Source: an uncultured Alphaproteobacteria bacterium (lineage in GTDB: Bacteria; Pseudomonadota; Alphaproteobacteria; Rs-D84). From it: a DNA stretch of 64,000 nucleotides. The DNA lies in NCBI GenBank assembly GCA_905233975.1, contig CAJOGD010000001.1, positions 162,635-226,634 on the forward strand. Reading direction: 5' to 3'. Made by a program: the position numbers and the translations under genes. This document shows, piece by piece, positions 29,728 through 40,209 of this stretch. The notes beneath the pieces were generated by a model, which saw nothing but the letters and a program-made list of their open reading frames with translations, was not told where the DNA came from and did no database searches. Numbering within the stretch: the first letter of the stretch is position 1; each line of letters opens with the position of its first letter.

Positions 29728-30711
29728 ATGAAAAAGAAAACTACAAAACAATCCAAACCCAAAGCCGCCGCTTCGCGCAAGGTTAATGTAAAGGTCGCAC
29801 GTCGCACGAATAATGTTTCGTCGTGGTCGATGTCGATTTATGTTTATTGGTTTATAATCTTGTTCTTTATCGCCGCAACGTTTTTCATACTGGGGCGCAG
29901 TCAGTTTTCGGCCACGCCACGCGGTGGATTAAAGAACGGAATCTCCGAAGAAGTTTTGATGCGCGCAAATGATTACTATAATCGCGGCAAAGAAGAAATC
30001 TTGGCCGGTAATTTGGAAGGTGCCATCGCCGATTTAACGTCCGCAATAACAACCGATAAAGATATGACGGACGCATATATCCTGCGGGGCGAGGCATATA
30101 TGCAGGCCGGCGATTACAGCGCGGCATTAAATGATTTTGATGCGGCAATCGAAATGGATTCACAAAATTCTGTGGCGTATTATGACCGTTCCTTGTTGAA
30201 CACGCGGTTGGAAGATTTTAATGCCGCGATGAACGATATTAACAACGCACTTGCCACATATGCGGCGAATCCGAATGAATTTTTACAGTTGCGTGATTTG
30301 TATGCGAAACGCGGTCAATTAAACCTTTGGCAAAAAAATTGGGAAGGCGCGATTGCGGATTATACCAATTCGCTTGCGCGGCCCGAAGGTATAATAAGTC
30401 CGTCGGTTTATGCCGAACGTGCCGAAGCATATACCGCGGTTGGAAATTATGCCGAAGCGGTTAATGATTATACGGCGGCGATTCGCGTGATTTCTGAACA
30501 GATTCAGGGTGCAACGACCATAGAACAGAAAGAAGATCTTTCTATGCGTGCGATGAATTATTTTGAAAAATCCGCGGCGTTGAATTTAAGTTTGGGTAAT
30601 TCTGTATCTGCGCGGTCTGATTTGGAATCGGCATATCAAATCGCAACGTCATTGAATGACCCAGAAACCGTCGAAAGATTCCAAAGATTATTGGAAGAAT
30701 TAGAAAAGTAA
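29728..30711 (+). CDS. Tetratricopeptide-repeat protein with an N-terminal TM helix
   Basis: Multiple TPR-like A-x-x-x-Y/A-x-x-A repeats with a TM segment at residues 30-55. Confidence 0.6.
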   Translation: MKKKTTKQSKPKAAASRKVNVKVARRTNNVSSWSMSIYVYWFIILFFIAATFFILGRSQFSATPRGGLKNGISEEVLMRANDYYNRGKEEILAGNLEGAIADLTSAITTDKDMTDAYILRGEAYMQAGDYSAALNDFDAAIEMDSQNSVAYYDRSLLNTRLEDFNAAMNDINNALATYAANPNEFLQLRDLYAKRGQLNLWQKNWEGAIADYTNSLARPEGIISPSVYAERAEAYTAVGNYAEAVNDYTAAIRVISEQIQGATTIEQKEDLSMRAMNYFEKSAALNLSLGNSVSARSDLESAYQIATSLNDPETVERFQRLLEELEK

Positions 30712-30756
30712 GTTTTGTCCAAAACATAAAAGACCACCGTTTCGGTGGTTTTTTCT

Positions 30757-31788
30757 TTAGAACGTTGCGCGCAGACCCGCAGCGACAAATGGTTCGCGGC
30801 GCGACATACCAATCGATGTCCATGCGTCGATATAGCGATTGTATTTATACCGAAATGACGCAACGGTTGTGTGGTCGGCATAATCCGGCGCCCATTCGTG
30901 CCATATACCCGTTTCTGAAAATAAATACGAAAGCGATAGGGTATAATTCAAAATATCATAACTGATACCCGCGCCGGCAACAATACCATCGGACACTGTG
31001 CCGATTGGGTTTTTATCATACACCGCGCGCCCGGTCAGTGCGAAAATCCAACTGTTGTATTGCACATTCGCGCCGATTCCAACCTGTGCCCGCCAATCTG
31101 CGGTGACGATTGGACTAAATGTATCGGTTTCATATCCGTCGGGCGAATCAATAAACGACGCTCCCAGTGAAAACGCATATTTCGTTTTTGATGCAGAATG
31201 TTTTATTTTTATTCCCGTATCGATATTCATTTTATAGTCACCGGTAATACCGGCAACCGAAACACCATATTGCAAATTTGGATTATGTGCCGCAACGATA
31301 TTCATGCGCAGCGCTTCGGATCCAACTGTTATTTCGGGGTTTGCGATAACGGGCCCGTCGGTTCCGACCTTGCGATAAAGCAAAGAATCATGATTTAATC
31401 GCAACCCACCAACGTCCGGCAACCCCAATCCCAATTTGTGCGCAACCGAATCCGTAAGACCAAATTCCACGCGCCCAACACCGCGCCATTGCCAAAAACC
31501 GAATGCTTCATGCCAATATTTATCTTCATTGATTGCGATTTCATCAATCATATACACCGCGCCAAAAGTGTGGTCTTTAACACCTTCGTACGTAATCTGT
31601 GTGCGAACGCGAAAATCGCCAAGAAAATCCGGCTTGTTAAAATCCGGTTCTATAATTCCGGCGGTGCCATAACCGGTAAGTGCGAAATTAAAATCGCCGG
31701 CACGATAAGATATTGCGTTTGCGCACGACGGTGCCGCGGCGACGGTCAAAATCGCAAGTATTGAAATTGTTTTAATTTTGTTTGTCAT
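30757..31788 (-). CDS. Outer-membrane beta-barrel protein (C-terminal Phe)
   Basis: Signal peptide MTNKIKTISILAILTVAAAPSCANA. Alternating amphipathic strands, and the protein ends ...AAGLRATF. The chosen start overlaps the rpoH stop by 17 nt; the ORF-track start at 31917 is less likely. Confidence 0.55.
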   Translation of the reverse strand: MTNKIKTISILAILTVAAAPSCANAISYRAGDFNFALTGYGTAGIIEPDFNKPDFLGDFRVRTQITYEGVKDHTFGAVYMIDEIAINEDKYWHEAFGFWQWRGVGRVEFGLTDSVAHKLGLGLPDVGGLRLNHDSLLYRKVGTDGPVIANPEITVGSEALRMNIVAAHNPNLQYGVSVAGITGDYKMNIDTGIKIKHSASKTKYAFSLGASFIDSPDGYETDTFSPIVTADWRAQVGIGANVQYNSWIFALTGRAVYDKNPIGTVSDGIVAGAGISYDILNYTLSLSYLFSETGIWHEWAPDYADHTTVASFRYKYNRYIDAWTSIGMSRREPFVAAGLRATF

Positions 31789-32698
31789 CTGGGTTTTCCG
31801 TATCGTTAATGATTGCTTCGCGTAATTTGTTATATGCGCGTTCTTCGATTTGACGCACGCGTTCGCGGGAAACGTTATACTTTTTTGCCAACGCGTCCAA
31901 TGTGAGTGCCGGTTCACTCAGTCGCCGCGCGCGCAAGATTTCGCGGTCGCGTTCCGGGAGTGCCGCCAAATGTTTTTTAAGCAACGCCCCACCCCGTCGC
32001 ATAAATTCAGACCGTTCGACATTTTCTACAATATCTGTTTTCGCGTCGGCCATATTTGATAACATGTCGGCGCCGTCTTGTTCGGCACTGCGTGCCGGCG
32101 CATTAAGCGATAAATCGCGCGCAACAATTCGTGTGGACATGCGTTTAACATCTTCGGCGGGCACATTCAGGTAATTTGCAATTTTTTCCGCCTGGGTTTC
32201 AGACAAATTGCCGTCCATAATCCCCAACGCCCGTTTTGCGCGGGCCAGGTTAAAGAACACGCGCTTTTGATTCGCCGAAGTTCCGATTTTCACAATGGAC
32301 CAATTATTCAAAATGGTTTCATAAATTTCGGCGCGAATCCAAAACATGGCATATGTCGAAAACCGAAAACCTTTTTCAGGGTCGAATTTTTGCAACGCCT
32401 GCATAAGGCCCATGTTACCACTTGCCACCAATTCTTGAACCGGAATGCCATAGTTTCGAAAATCATACGCAACGGACACAACAAGTCGTAAATGACTTAC
32501 CAACAATTTTTCTGCGGCGTCATTATCATGATTTTGCACCCACCGCGTGGCATAGTCATATTCTTGTTCGGCGGATAAAATCGGAAATTTAGCAATCGTT
32601 CGAATATAGTTCGCAAAACCCGCGTCATCGCCGGCGCCAATCGTCGCGATATTGGTGCCTGATTTTATTGGTAAAGCTTCCTTGATTTGTTCCGTCAT
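31772..32698 (-). CDS. rpoH: RNA polymerase sigma-32 factor RpoH
   Basis: Sigma-70 regions 2 and 4, and the RpoH box QKRVFFNLARAKR. Confidence 0.85.
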   Translation of the reverse strand: MTEQIKEALPIKSGTNIATIGAGDDAGFANYIRTIAKFPILSAEQEYDYATRWVQNHDNDAAEKLLVSHLRLVVSVAYDFRNYGIPVQELVASGNMGLMQALQKFDPEKGFRFSTYAMFWIRAEIYETILNNWSIVKIGTSANQKRVFFNLARAKRALGIMDGNLSETQAEKIANYLNVPAEDVKRMSTRIVARDLSLNAPARSAEQDGADMLSNMADAKTDIVENVERSEFMRRGGALLKKHLAALPERDREILRARRLSEPALTLDALAKKYNVSRERVRQIEERAYNKLREAIINDTENPDDKQN

Positions 32699-32762
32699 TA
32701 TGTTTATAGTATAGCAATAAAATAGAATTTATCAAGGTGTCATAAAAATACAGGAGATTTAA

Positions 32763-33413
32763 ATGGCAAATATGTTGGAAAGAAATAAAAAAGTCAAAGC
32801 CCCACAAAAAACAATGCAAGAACACGCCGAAGACGCACTTTATCGCGAAGTATGGGAAGATGTGAATAATGAAAAAACTCAACAGTTCCTTAAAAAATAT
32901 GGGCGTTATTTGATTGCGGGCGCAATTGCCATTATGATTGTTGTGACGGGTATTCAAATTGGTATTCGTTCGCATAATGCCGCGCGTATGGCGGTTGCCG
33001 CAAATTATGAAACGGCAATTGAAAATTCTGATGCGAATGCGTTGGTCGGCATATCACAAAACACATCGGGCGCAACATCTGATTTGGCATTATTCCAAGC
33101 ATATGTTTTGGATAAAGATGTAAAAAAACTTGAAGAATTGGTTGCCAATGGTAAAACGGCGGAATTTCGTGACCTTGCGCGGTTGCATATAATTGCGCTG
33201 CGTGGTGATGAAATGGATGCGGACGCGGTTGCGGAATATTTGGCGCCATTGGATACAAAAAAATCGCCGTTCTATTACACCGCGGCGTTGACGGTTGCCC
33301 GTAAATATATTGCGTCGGAAAATAGGACAGCGGCCAATAAGTGGCTTGATAAAATACTTGACGATGCCGATGCACCGGCGGTAATTCGTGCGGACGCGGA
33401 AACATTAAGATAG
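32763..33413 (+). CDS. YfgM-like membrane-anchored TPR-like protein (ancillary SecYEG or chaperone factor)
   Basis: N-terminal cytoplasmic tail, one TM helix (YLIAGAIAIMIVVTG), and a helical periplasmic domain. It lies upstream of a BamB-like gene, as yfgM-bamB-der do in E. coli. Confidence 0.45.
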   Translation: MANMLERNKKVKAPQKTMQEHAEDALYREVWEDVNNEKTQQFLKKYGRYLIAGAIAIMIVVTGIQIGIRSHNAARMAVAANYETAIENSDANALVGISQNTSGATSDLALFQAYVLDKDVKKLEELVANGKTAEFRDLARLHIIALRGDEMDADAVAEYLAPLDTKKSPFYYTAALTVARKYIASENRTAANKWLDKILDDADAPAVIRADAETLR

Positions 33414-33425
33414 GAATAAACGCAA

Positions 33426-34154
33426 ATGAAGAAAACCGCGCTTTTTATGATTGGTTTTGTTGCACTGTGCGCGTGTGATAAACATGACCCGATTTTGCCG
33501 GGCGAACGAACCAATATTTTTGCAACTGAAAAAGTGCGCGTTTTAAATACAGCGGTTCCAGATGTGGCGGAAAATATCGAAGAAAGTGCGGTCAATGATT
33601 GTCCGTATCGGTTGGACACGCAAAATACAATCTGGGACGGCGATAAGAAAATATTTGCCGGATTCCCAACCAATAATTATGTTCGTGGGCAAAAAAATCC
33701 GGTGTGCGATGGTGGATTCGTTTATGCGGGGCTGTCCACCGGTGAATTGATAAAGGTGAATCCACAAAATCGCCAAATTGCATGGATTGCAGATGTGTAT
33801 CGCCAAAGCAATATGACCGGTGGCGCGTCCGTTTTGGACATTATTGCGCCGATTCAAATTTATAAAAAATATGTGTATGCGGGCGGCCTGGGGGGCGCGT
33901 TCTGCAAGATTTCTGATGCGACCGGTGCGACCGCATGGTGCGCCGATATTGGTGTGGAACATGCCTTTATAATTACAAATGATACCGCGTATGTTTTGGA
34001 TACGGATAATAATTTAAATGCGGTTCGTTTGCGCGACGGCGCGTTTTATTGGCGTACACCGGTTAAAAAATCCGCCGCGCCACAATACAAAAATAAAACG
34101 ATTATCGTCGCCAACGAAAAATTCGACGCCGAAAGTGGAAAGTTGATTAAATAA
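33426..34154 (+). CDS. Lipoprotein with PQQ/beta-propeller-like repeats (BamB-like, short)
   Basis: Lipobox VALCAC. Repeats such as YAGGLGGAFCKISDATGATAW and AYVLDTDNNLNAV. Confidence 0.4.
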   Translation: MKKTALFMIGFVALCACDKHDPILPGERTNIFATEKVRVLNTAVPDVAENIEESAVNDCPYRLDTQNTIWDGDKKIFAGFPTNNYVRGQKNPVCDGGFVYAGLSTGELIKVNPQNRQIAWIADVYRQSNMTGGASVLDIIAPIQIYKKYVYAGGLGGAFCKISDATGATAWCADIGVEHAFIITNDTAYVLDTDNNLNAVRLRDGAFYWRTPVKKSAAPQYKNKTIIVANEKFDAESGKLIK

Positions 34155-34197
34155 GTGGGAAAACAACTCTCACTAACCACTTACACTAACCACTAAA

Positions 34198-35316
<1,119 letters not shown>

Positions 35317-35368
35317 TTAAAAAACGTTTTTTATTTGACTTTGATTATATTTTGCTATTATTAGCACC

Positions 35369-35749
35369 ATGCGAGATACAATAAAATCACATGCAGATTT
35401 CCATACGACCGACAATGACCCGTCGGCCAAGGCATTGTTCTTTTTCATTCGGGCAAAGCCGGCGCGTTTCCCGCAAAATCCGCGCATTGGGTTTATGGCG
35501 ACCAAGCATACGTTCAAATTGGCGGTTGAACGCAATCGTGCAAAGAGGCTTTTGCGTGATTGGGTGCAATATCACCATCGGTTAATGGCGCCTGAATTTG
35601 ATTATATTTTCATCGCACGCCATATGATTTTGGACGCGACGCGACCGGCGGGCCGCATTGCGATGGAAAAGGCCCTGACGCACATTGCGCACAAATACCT
35701 TCCGAAATATCTTCCCAAAAAAGCAAAGAAAAATGGAAAAAATTCGTAA
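35369..35749 (+). CDS. rnpA: Ribonuclease P protein component
   Basis: RNR motif region KLAVERNRAKRLLRD. It overlaps the yidD start as in the canonical operon. No rpmH was seen upstream. Confidence 0.7.
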   Translation: MRDTIKSHADFHTTDNDPSAKALFFFIRAKPARFPQNPRIGFMATKHTFKLAVERNRAKRLLRDWVQYHHRLMAPEFDYIFIARHMILDATRPAGRIAMEKALTHIAHKYLPKYLPKKAKKNGKNS

Positions 35750-35969
35750 GATTCCAACCTATATCGGCCTTGGCCTGATTTGGGTGTACCAACATTTTAT
35801 ATCGCCGGCCTTTGGCGGCCGCGCCGCGTGTCGCTTTACCCCCACGTGCAGTGAATATACAAAAACGGCAATTTTGCGATACGGACTTATTCGCGGTTGC
35901 ATAATGGGAATGCGCAGAATTTCGCGCTGTCGCCCCGGTGGCGGGTTCGGGTTTGACCCTGTGCCTTGA
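35733..35969 (+). CDS. yidD: Membrane protein insertion efficiency factor YidD
   Basis: LIWVYQHFISP...C.F.PTCSEY motif. The start was set at the internal Met (MEKIRKIP). Confidence 0.8.
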   Translation: MEKIRKIPTYIGLGLIWVYQHFISPAFGGRAACRFTPTCSEYTKTAILRYGLIRGCIMGMRRISRCRPGGGFGFDPVP

Positions 35970-36033
35970 CAATCAATGGTTTTAAGATTAAAATTTATGG
36001 GACATAAAAGAATTTTTAAAAAAGGATAAAGAA

Positions 36034-36480
36034 ATGTCATTTCGTTCAACCGTAGAATCCATGTCAAAAATTATGGACGATATGGGGATAACAGAACTTG
36101 ATTTGGAACGTCAGTTTTTATTTGGCGTTTATCGCAAACATATTCATCTTTCAAAGCAATCGGGCGCGACGGTCGCAATGCCTGCGTTGCCAACGTCCGA
36201 TGTGGCAAAGCATACAACCAGTGAACCGGCCGATGAAACCACGTCTGGCTATGCGTTGAAATCGCCAATGGTCGGTGTTGCATACCTTGCACCGGAACCG
36301 GGGGCAAAGCCATTTACCAAGGTTGGTGCGTCGATCAAGGCCGGCGATACGGTGATTTTGGTAGAGGCAATGAAGACATTCAACCCGATTAAATCTGATA
36401 AAGACGGTGTTGTCAAAGAAATCTTGGTGGCGGACGGTGCGGCCGTTGAATTTGACCAACCATTAATAATTATTGAATAA
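36034..36480 (+). CDS. accB: Biotin carboxyl carrier protein of acetyl-CoA carboxylase
   Basis: Biotinyl-lysine motif EAMKTFN. Confidence 0.85.
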   Translation: MSFRSTVESMSKIMDDMGITELDLERQFLFGVYRKHIHLSKQSGATVAMPALPTSDVAKHTTSEPADETTSGYALKSPMVGVAYLAPEPGAKPFTKVGASIKAGDTVILVEAMKTFNPIKSDKDGVVKEILVADGAAVEFDQPLIIIE

Positions 36481-36488
36481 GAAAAATC

Positions 36489-37847
36489 ATGCCAAAAATA
36501 AAAAAAGTTTTAATTGCCAATCGTGGCGAAATTGCGTTGCGAATAATTCGCGCGTGCCGCGATATGGGCATTCGAACGGTCGCGGTGTATTCTACGGTCG
36601 ATAGGAACGCCATGCATGTGCAATTGGCGGACGAATCTGTGTGCATTGGGCCGGGACCATCAAAGGATTCTTACCTTAACGAATCCGCGATATTGACGGC
36701 GGCGTTGTTGACCAATGCGGACGCAATTCACCCCGGATACGGGTTTTTATCCGAACGTGCGGACTTTGTGCAAAAGGTTGAACAGCATGGCCTTATATGG
36801 ATTGGACCCGACGCGGCGATGATAAATAAAATGGGGGACAAGGTTAACGCCAAAAAAACCGCGATTGAATGCGGTCTGCCGGTTGTGCCGGGATCCGATG
36901 GTGCGGTCGATACGGTCGAAGATGCATTAAAATGGGCGGAAAAAATCGGATACCCCGTAATGTTAAAGGCCGCGGCCGGTGGCGGTGGTCGTGGTATGCG
37001 TCCCGTTATGTCGGCCGACGAAATGACCGAGGCGTTTGAGATTACCAAGAACGAGGCCCGCAGTGGTTTCGGCGACGATACGCTTTATATGGAAAAATTA
37101 TTATTGCACCCGCGGCATATTGAGTTCCAGGTCTTGGGCGACAAACATGGCGACGTTGTAATCTTTGGCGAACGCGATTGTTCGTTGCAACGCAAGAATC
37201 AAAAGGTTATGGAGGAATGCCCCGCCGCCGCACTGACACAAAAACAGCGCGACGATATGATTGAAATTTGCAAAAATGCGGCAAAGAAAATGGGCTATAC
37301 GAACGCCGGCACGTTTGAATTTATGTACGAAGATGGCAAGTTTTATTTCTTGGAAATGAACACGCGGCTTCAGGTTGAACACCCCGTAACGGAAATGGTT
37401 TACGGTGTCGATTTGGTGCGCGAACAAATTCGCGTTGCGGCGGGCGAAAAATTGGGCTATACCCAGGCAAACGTTATCCCGCATGGTCACGCGATTGAAT
37501 TTCGAATCAATGCCGAAGACCCAACGGACTTTGTGCCCTGCCCCGGCAAAATCACGCTTTATGCGCCGTCGGGCGGCCTTGGCGTTCGCGTGGACAGTGC
37601 GGTCTATACCGGATACACAATTCCACCAACGTATGATTCGATGATTGCAAAGTTAATCGTGCATGCGCAAACGCGGTCTGCGTGTATAATGCGTGCGGAA
37701 CGCGCACTGGACGAATTTGTTATCGAAGGCGTAAAAACAACCATTCCGTTGCAAAAGAAATTGCTTAATAATCGCGACGTCCGCACATTGAACTTTGATA
37801 ACCATTGGTTGGAAGGTTATCTAAAGAAAGAAAATAAGAAGAAGTGA
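36489..37847 (+). CDS. accC: Biotin carboxylase
   Basis: ATP-grasp fold, 452 aa. It lies immediately after accB. Confidence 0.9.
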   Translation: MPKIKKVLIANRGEIALRIIRACRDMGIRTVAVYSTVDRNAMHVQLADESVCIGPGPSKDSYLNESAILTAALLTNADAIHPGYGFLSERADFVQKVEQHGLIWIGPDAAMINKMGDKVNAKKTAIECGLPVVPGSDGAVDTVEDALKWAEKIGYPVMLKAAAGGGGRGMRPVMSADEMTEAFEITKNEARSGFGDDTLYMEKLLLHPRHIEFQVLGDKHGDVVIFGERDCSLQRKNQKVMEECPAAALTQKQRDDMIEICKNAAKKMGYTNAGTFEFMYEDGKFYFLEMNTRLQVEHPVTEMVYGVDLVREQIRVAAGEKLGYTQANVIPHGHAIEFRINAEDPTDFVPCPGKITLYAPSGGLGVRVDSAVYTGYTIPPTYDSMIAKLIVHAQTRSACIMRAERALDEFVIEGVKTTIPLQKKLLNNRDVRTLNFDNHWLEGYLKKENKKK

Positions 37848-38126
37848 GTGGCGAGTGTTAGTGCTAGTGATTGGTGCGCGGGGCAACAAAGCCCCGCTTT
37901 TTTATTTCCGTCATATCGCGCTATCGGGCCCCGCAAAAAATGCCGTCATACCGCTGTAAAGCGGTATCTCGTCGGAACCGTCGCGGGGTAATTCTCAGAA
38001 AAGCCTAAGGAGATACCGCGTCAGGCGCGGTATGACGGCTTGAAATCACCCACAAAAAACGCTATGCGTTTTTTGCGGGGGCCGATACCGCGGGGTGACG
38101 TCACTAATACTTCCCACTAATTATTG
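37848..38126. mobile_element. MITE-like composite repeat (~280 bp). TTAGTG-type terminal arms enclose nested palindromes.
   Basis: Left arm gtggcgagtgttagtgctagtgattggtg. Right arm gtcactaatacttcccactaattattg. Internal: gcggggcaacaaagccccgctttttt (the accC terminator), gtcataccgctgtaaagcggtat, ataccgcgtcaggcgcggtatgacgg and cccacaaaaaacg..cgttttttgcggggg. Confidence 0.6.
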
Positions 38127-39128
38127 ATTCTGGGGGATATAAATTGTTTCTCCGTTCCAATCTTCTTCCACCGGCGTGGCAAGTGGATAATACACCGTCA
38201 CCGGTGTTCCTGCGGCGTATTGCCCGGCAAGATAGGCTTCAAAATCGGCAATTGTTGGATAATTAACACGCGACACATTCACCGTAAATGAACCAACACC
38301 ATCTATACGGGCATAGCGCAAAGCCGACGTTATTGCATCTGCGTTATACTGGTAATTTCCCTGTCTTGGAAAGTTTGAATAATAACCACTAGTTGCCCAA
38401 TTTAACCACTCTTCTGTTCCGTCCAAAACCTTTACCCCAACGCGTCGTGTGATTTTGTGGGTTGTGGCGTCGTATGAATCGGCATAGTCGCCAACGCGAC
38501 GCAGAATTAGGTTATCTTGTTGATAAAAAACGGGATAAATCGGATTTTCTGGCGTCGGTGTGCCGTCTTGTGTGACGGTGCCGGTCGCCGAAACGTATTC
38601 GGTGTTATTATGTATCGTATAGAGCCAACAAAGGTTGGACACCGGATCGCGGTTATCTTCCCTACATACAAATTCACTATCAAGACCATTCTTTAATGCC
38701 GCGTTGAACGTTTTGGCGTCAATCAGGTTGTCGGATTGGGTGGCATACGATTCGCTTGTTTGATAAATTCCTTTCCGCCCTATTCCACCCGGTTGGCCTG
38801 TATATGTGACGGCGGTGTGATCGTTAACCGGGCCAATGTCATCTTGCTTTTGATTTAATTTTGTATTCACACCACCAACCATGGGCAGTGATGTGTCGGA
38901 CGTATCGCTACCCAAATCGGATTTAACTGTGCGTTTCTGCACATCGCCGGCCGAATTAGTGTATTCCATGGCCTTGTCCGCTTCCGCGGTAAATTTATTT
39001 TGTCGTGTACTAAGTTCATGTTCGACATATTTTAATGACGTCGCCGTCTTGCGGTCCGCGGCTTCTTCCGCCACCGCCGGCAACACCGCCGCAATTAATC
39101 CGAACAACAAAAACTTTTTCAAAAACAT
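38121..39128 (-). CDS. Secreted variable-family protein, paralog 2 (ends YIPQNQ)
   Basis: Start set at MFLKKFLLFGLIAAVLPAVA (SD 'aaggggagg'). The N-terminal 170 aa are conserved. The C-terminus is unique. Confidence 0.8.
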   Translation of the reverse strand: MFLKKFLLFGLIAAVLPAVAEEAADRKTATSLKYVEHELSTRQNKFTAEADKAMEYTNSAGDVQKRTVKSDLGSDTSDTSLPMVGGVNTKLNQKQDDIGPVNDHTAVTYTGQPGGIGRKGIYQTSESYATQSDNLIDAKTFNAALKNGLDSEFVCREDNRDPVSNLCWLYTIHNNTEYVSATGTVTQDGTPTPENPIYPVFYQQDNLILRRVGDYADSYDATTHKITRRVGVKVLDGTEEWLNWATSGYYSNFPRQGNYQYNADAITSALRYARIDGVGSFTVNVSRVNYPTIADFEAYLAGQYAAGTPVTVYYPLATPVEEDWNGETIYIPQNQ

Positions 39129-39385
39129 TTTCCTCCCCTTTGTTCTTTGCACTAACACTAAGTAAAAAACCACAGAAAACGTGTGGTTGGAGGTTAACGA
39201 CTATAATGTTCGGAAAATAGTGGGCTTATTCGATATATTCACCGCCCTCCAACCAAATTAGGTTGGAGGTGTTTTATGTCCCCGCGGACACCGAACATTA
39301 TAAAGGGTCGTTACACCACATCGGCGGAACACCCACCGACAGACCTATTCTATCAAAAAACGGAAATAAAAAACAAGAGAAAAAA
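39129..39385 (-). promoter_or_regulatory. Type-B conserved 5' leader: extended -10 box, a conserved hairpin, and a terminator-like hairpin 35 nt before the start codon
   Basis: Box TTTTGATAGAATAG (rc of 39346-39357). Hairpin cctccaacc-N7-ggttggagg (39245-39269). Hairpin aaccacag-aaaacg-tgtggtt plus a U-run (39163-39189). About 200 nt are almost identical to 58157-58320. Confidence 0.6.
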
Positions 39386-39538
39386 GTGGTTAGTGTTAGT
39401 GATTAGTGTAAGTGGTTTGTGTTCCGCCTTCGCTGTCGCTGCGCCGCGACTGCGCCAGGGTTTCGCCCCGGCTTGGTGTAAAAGAAACGGGCGCAAATGC
39501 GCCCGCACTAATCACTTACACTAACACTTTTCACTATC
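39386..39538. mobile_element. MITE-like repeat with TTAGTG or CACTAA inverted arms (~150 bp)
   Basis: Left arm gtggttagtgttagtgattagtgtaagtggtttgtg. Right arm cactaatcacttacactaacacttttcactatcc. GC-rich palindromes lie inside. Confidence 0.6.
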
Positions 39539-40132
39539 CTATATCAAACAAGACAATGCGGCGCTGGTGTTCTTTAATAAAAACCATCCGATATGATAAT
39601 TTGTTAAATACACCGTTATCATAAATATCGCAAAGATACCAACAACAACCGTCACCGCCGCACGCCGGCCGCGCATGCAATACAGTGCGATATTGTAAAA
39701 CAAAAACAGCACATATAAATCGCCAACGATACTGATTATCCACATGGAAAGGCAATTAAACGCGGCCGCATTCAACGCCAATATTACGGGATATATAAAA
39801 AATATCGACGCCAAACCCTTTATCGCAATTTCCCAATCGCGTTCGCCACCCGTTATTTCGGAAACCAACATCAACAGGCCCCCGCCGACAAACAACAATG
39901 CGACCGCAACGACCGGAACGATTATAACCGCCGTAAAGACAGAATTTATTGTTATCGTCGCGCCCCCCAGCAATTTCATTCCTAAAACCAGCAGGCCGCC
40001 CAACAATCCATATATAAACGCCTTTAACATAGATTCTTCGATATCGCCGTCGGCAACAATTTTTGAAAAGAATCTGCGCGGGTTCACAATAATATCTTTG
40101 ATAGACCGAAACCAATTTTTTATTTTTTTCAT
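39539..40132 (-). CDS. Yip1-domain family membrane protein
   Basis: Five predicted TM helices and an N-terminal soluble region. 197 aa. Confidence 0.45.
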   Translation of the reverse strand: MKKIKNWFRSIKDIIVNPRRFFSKIVADGDIEESMLKAFIYGLLGGLLVLGMKLLGGATITINSVFTAVIIVPVVAVALLFVGGGLLMLVSEITGGERDWEIAIKGLASIFFIYPVILALNAAAFNCLSMWIISIVGDLYVLFLFYNIALYCMRGRRAAVTVVVGIFAIFMITVYLTNYHIGWFLLKNTSAALSCLI

Positions 40133-40209
40133 AATGCGCCCCTTTTGCTTCCTTTATTTGATTATTTATATTTTTGCTTTATAATTACAAAAAATCAATG
40201 GAAAAACGC

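Noticed and set aside
39276-39524. 82-aa plus-strand ORF
   Set aside because: It lies wholly inside the type-B leader and the MITE-like repeat, and its composition is driven by the repeat sequence.
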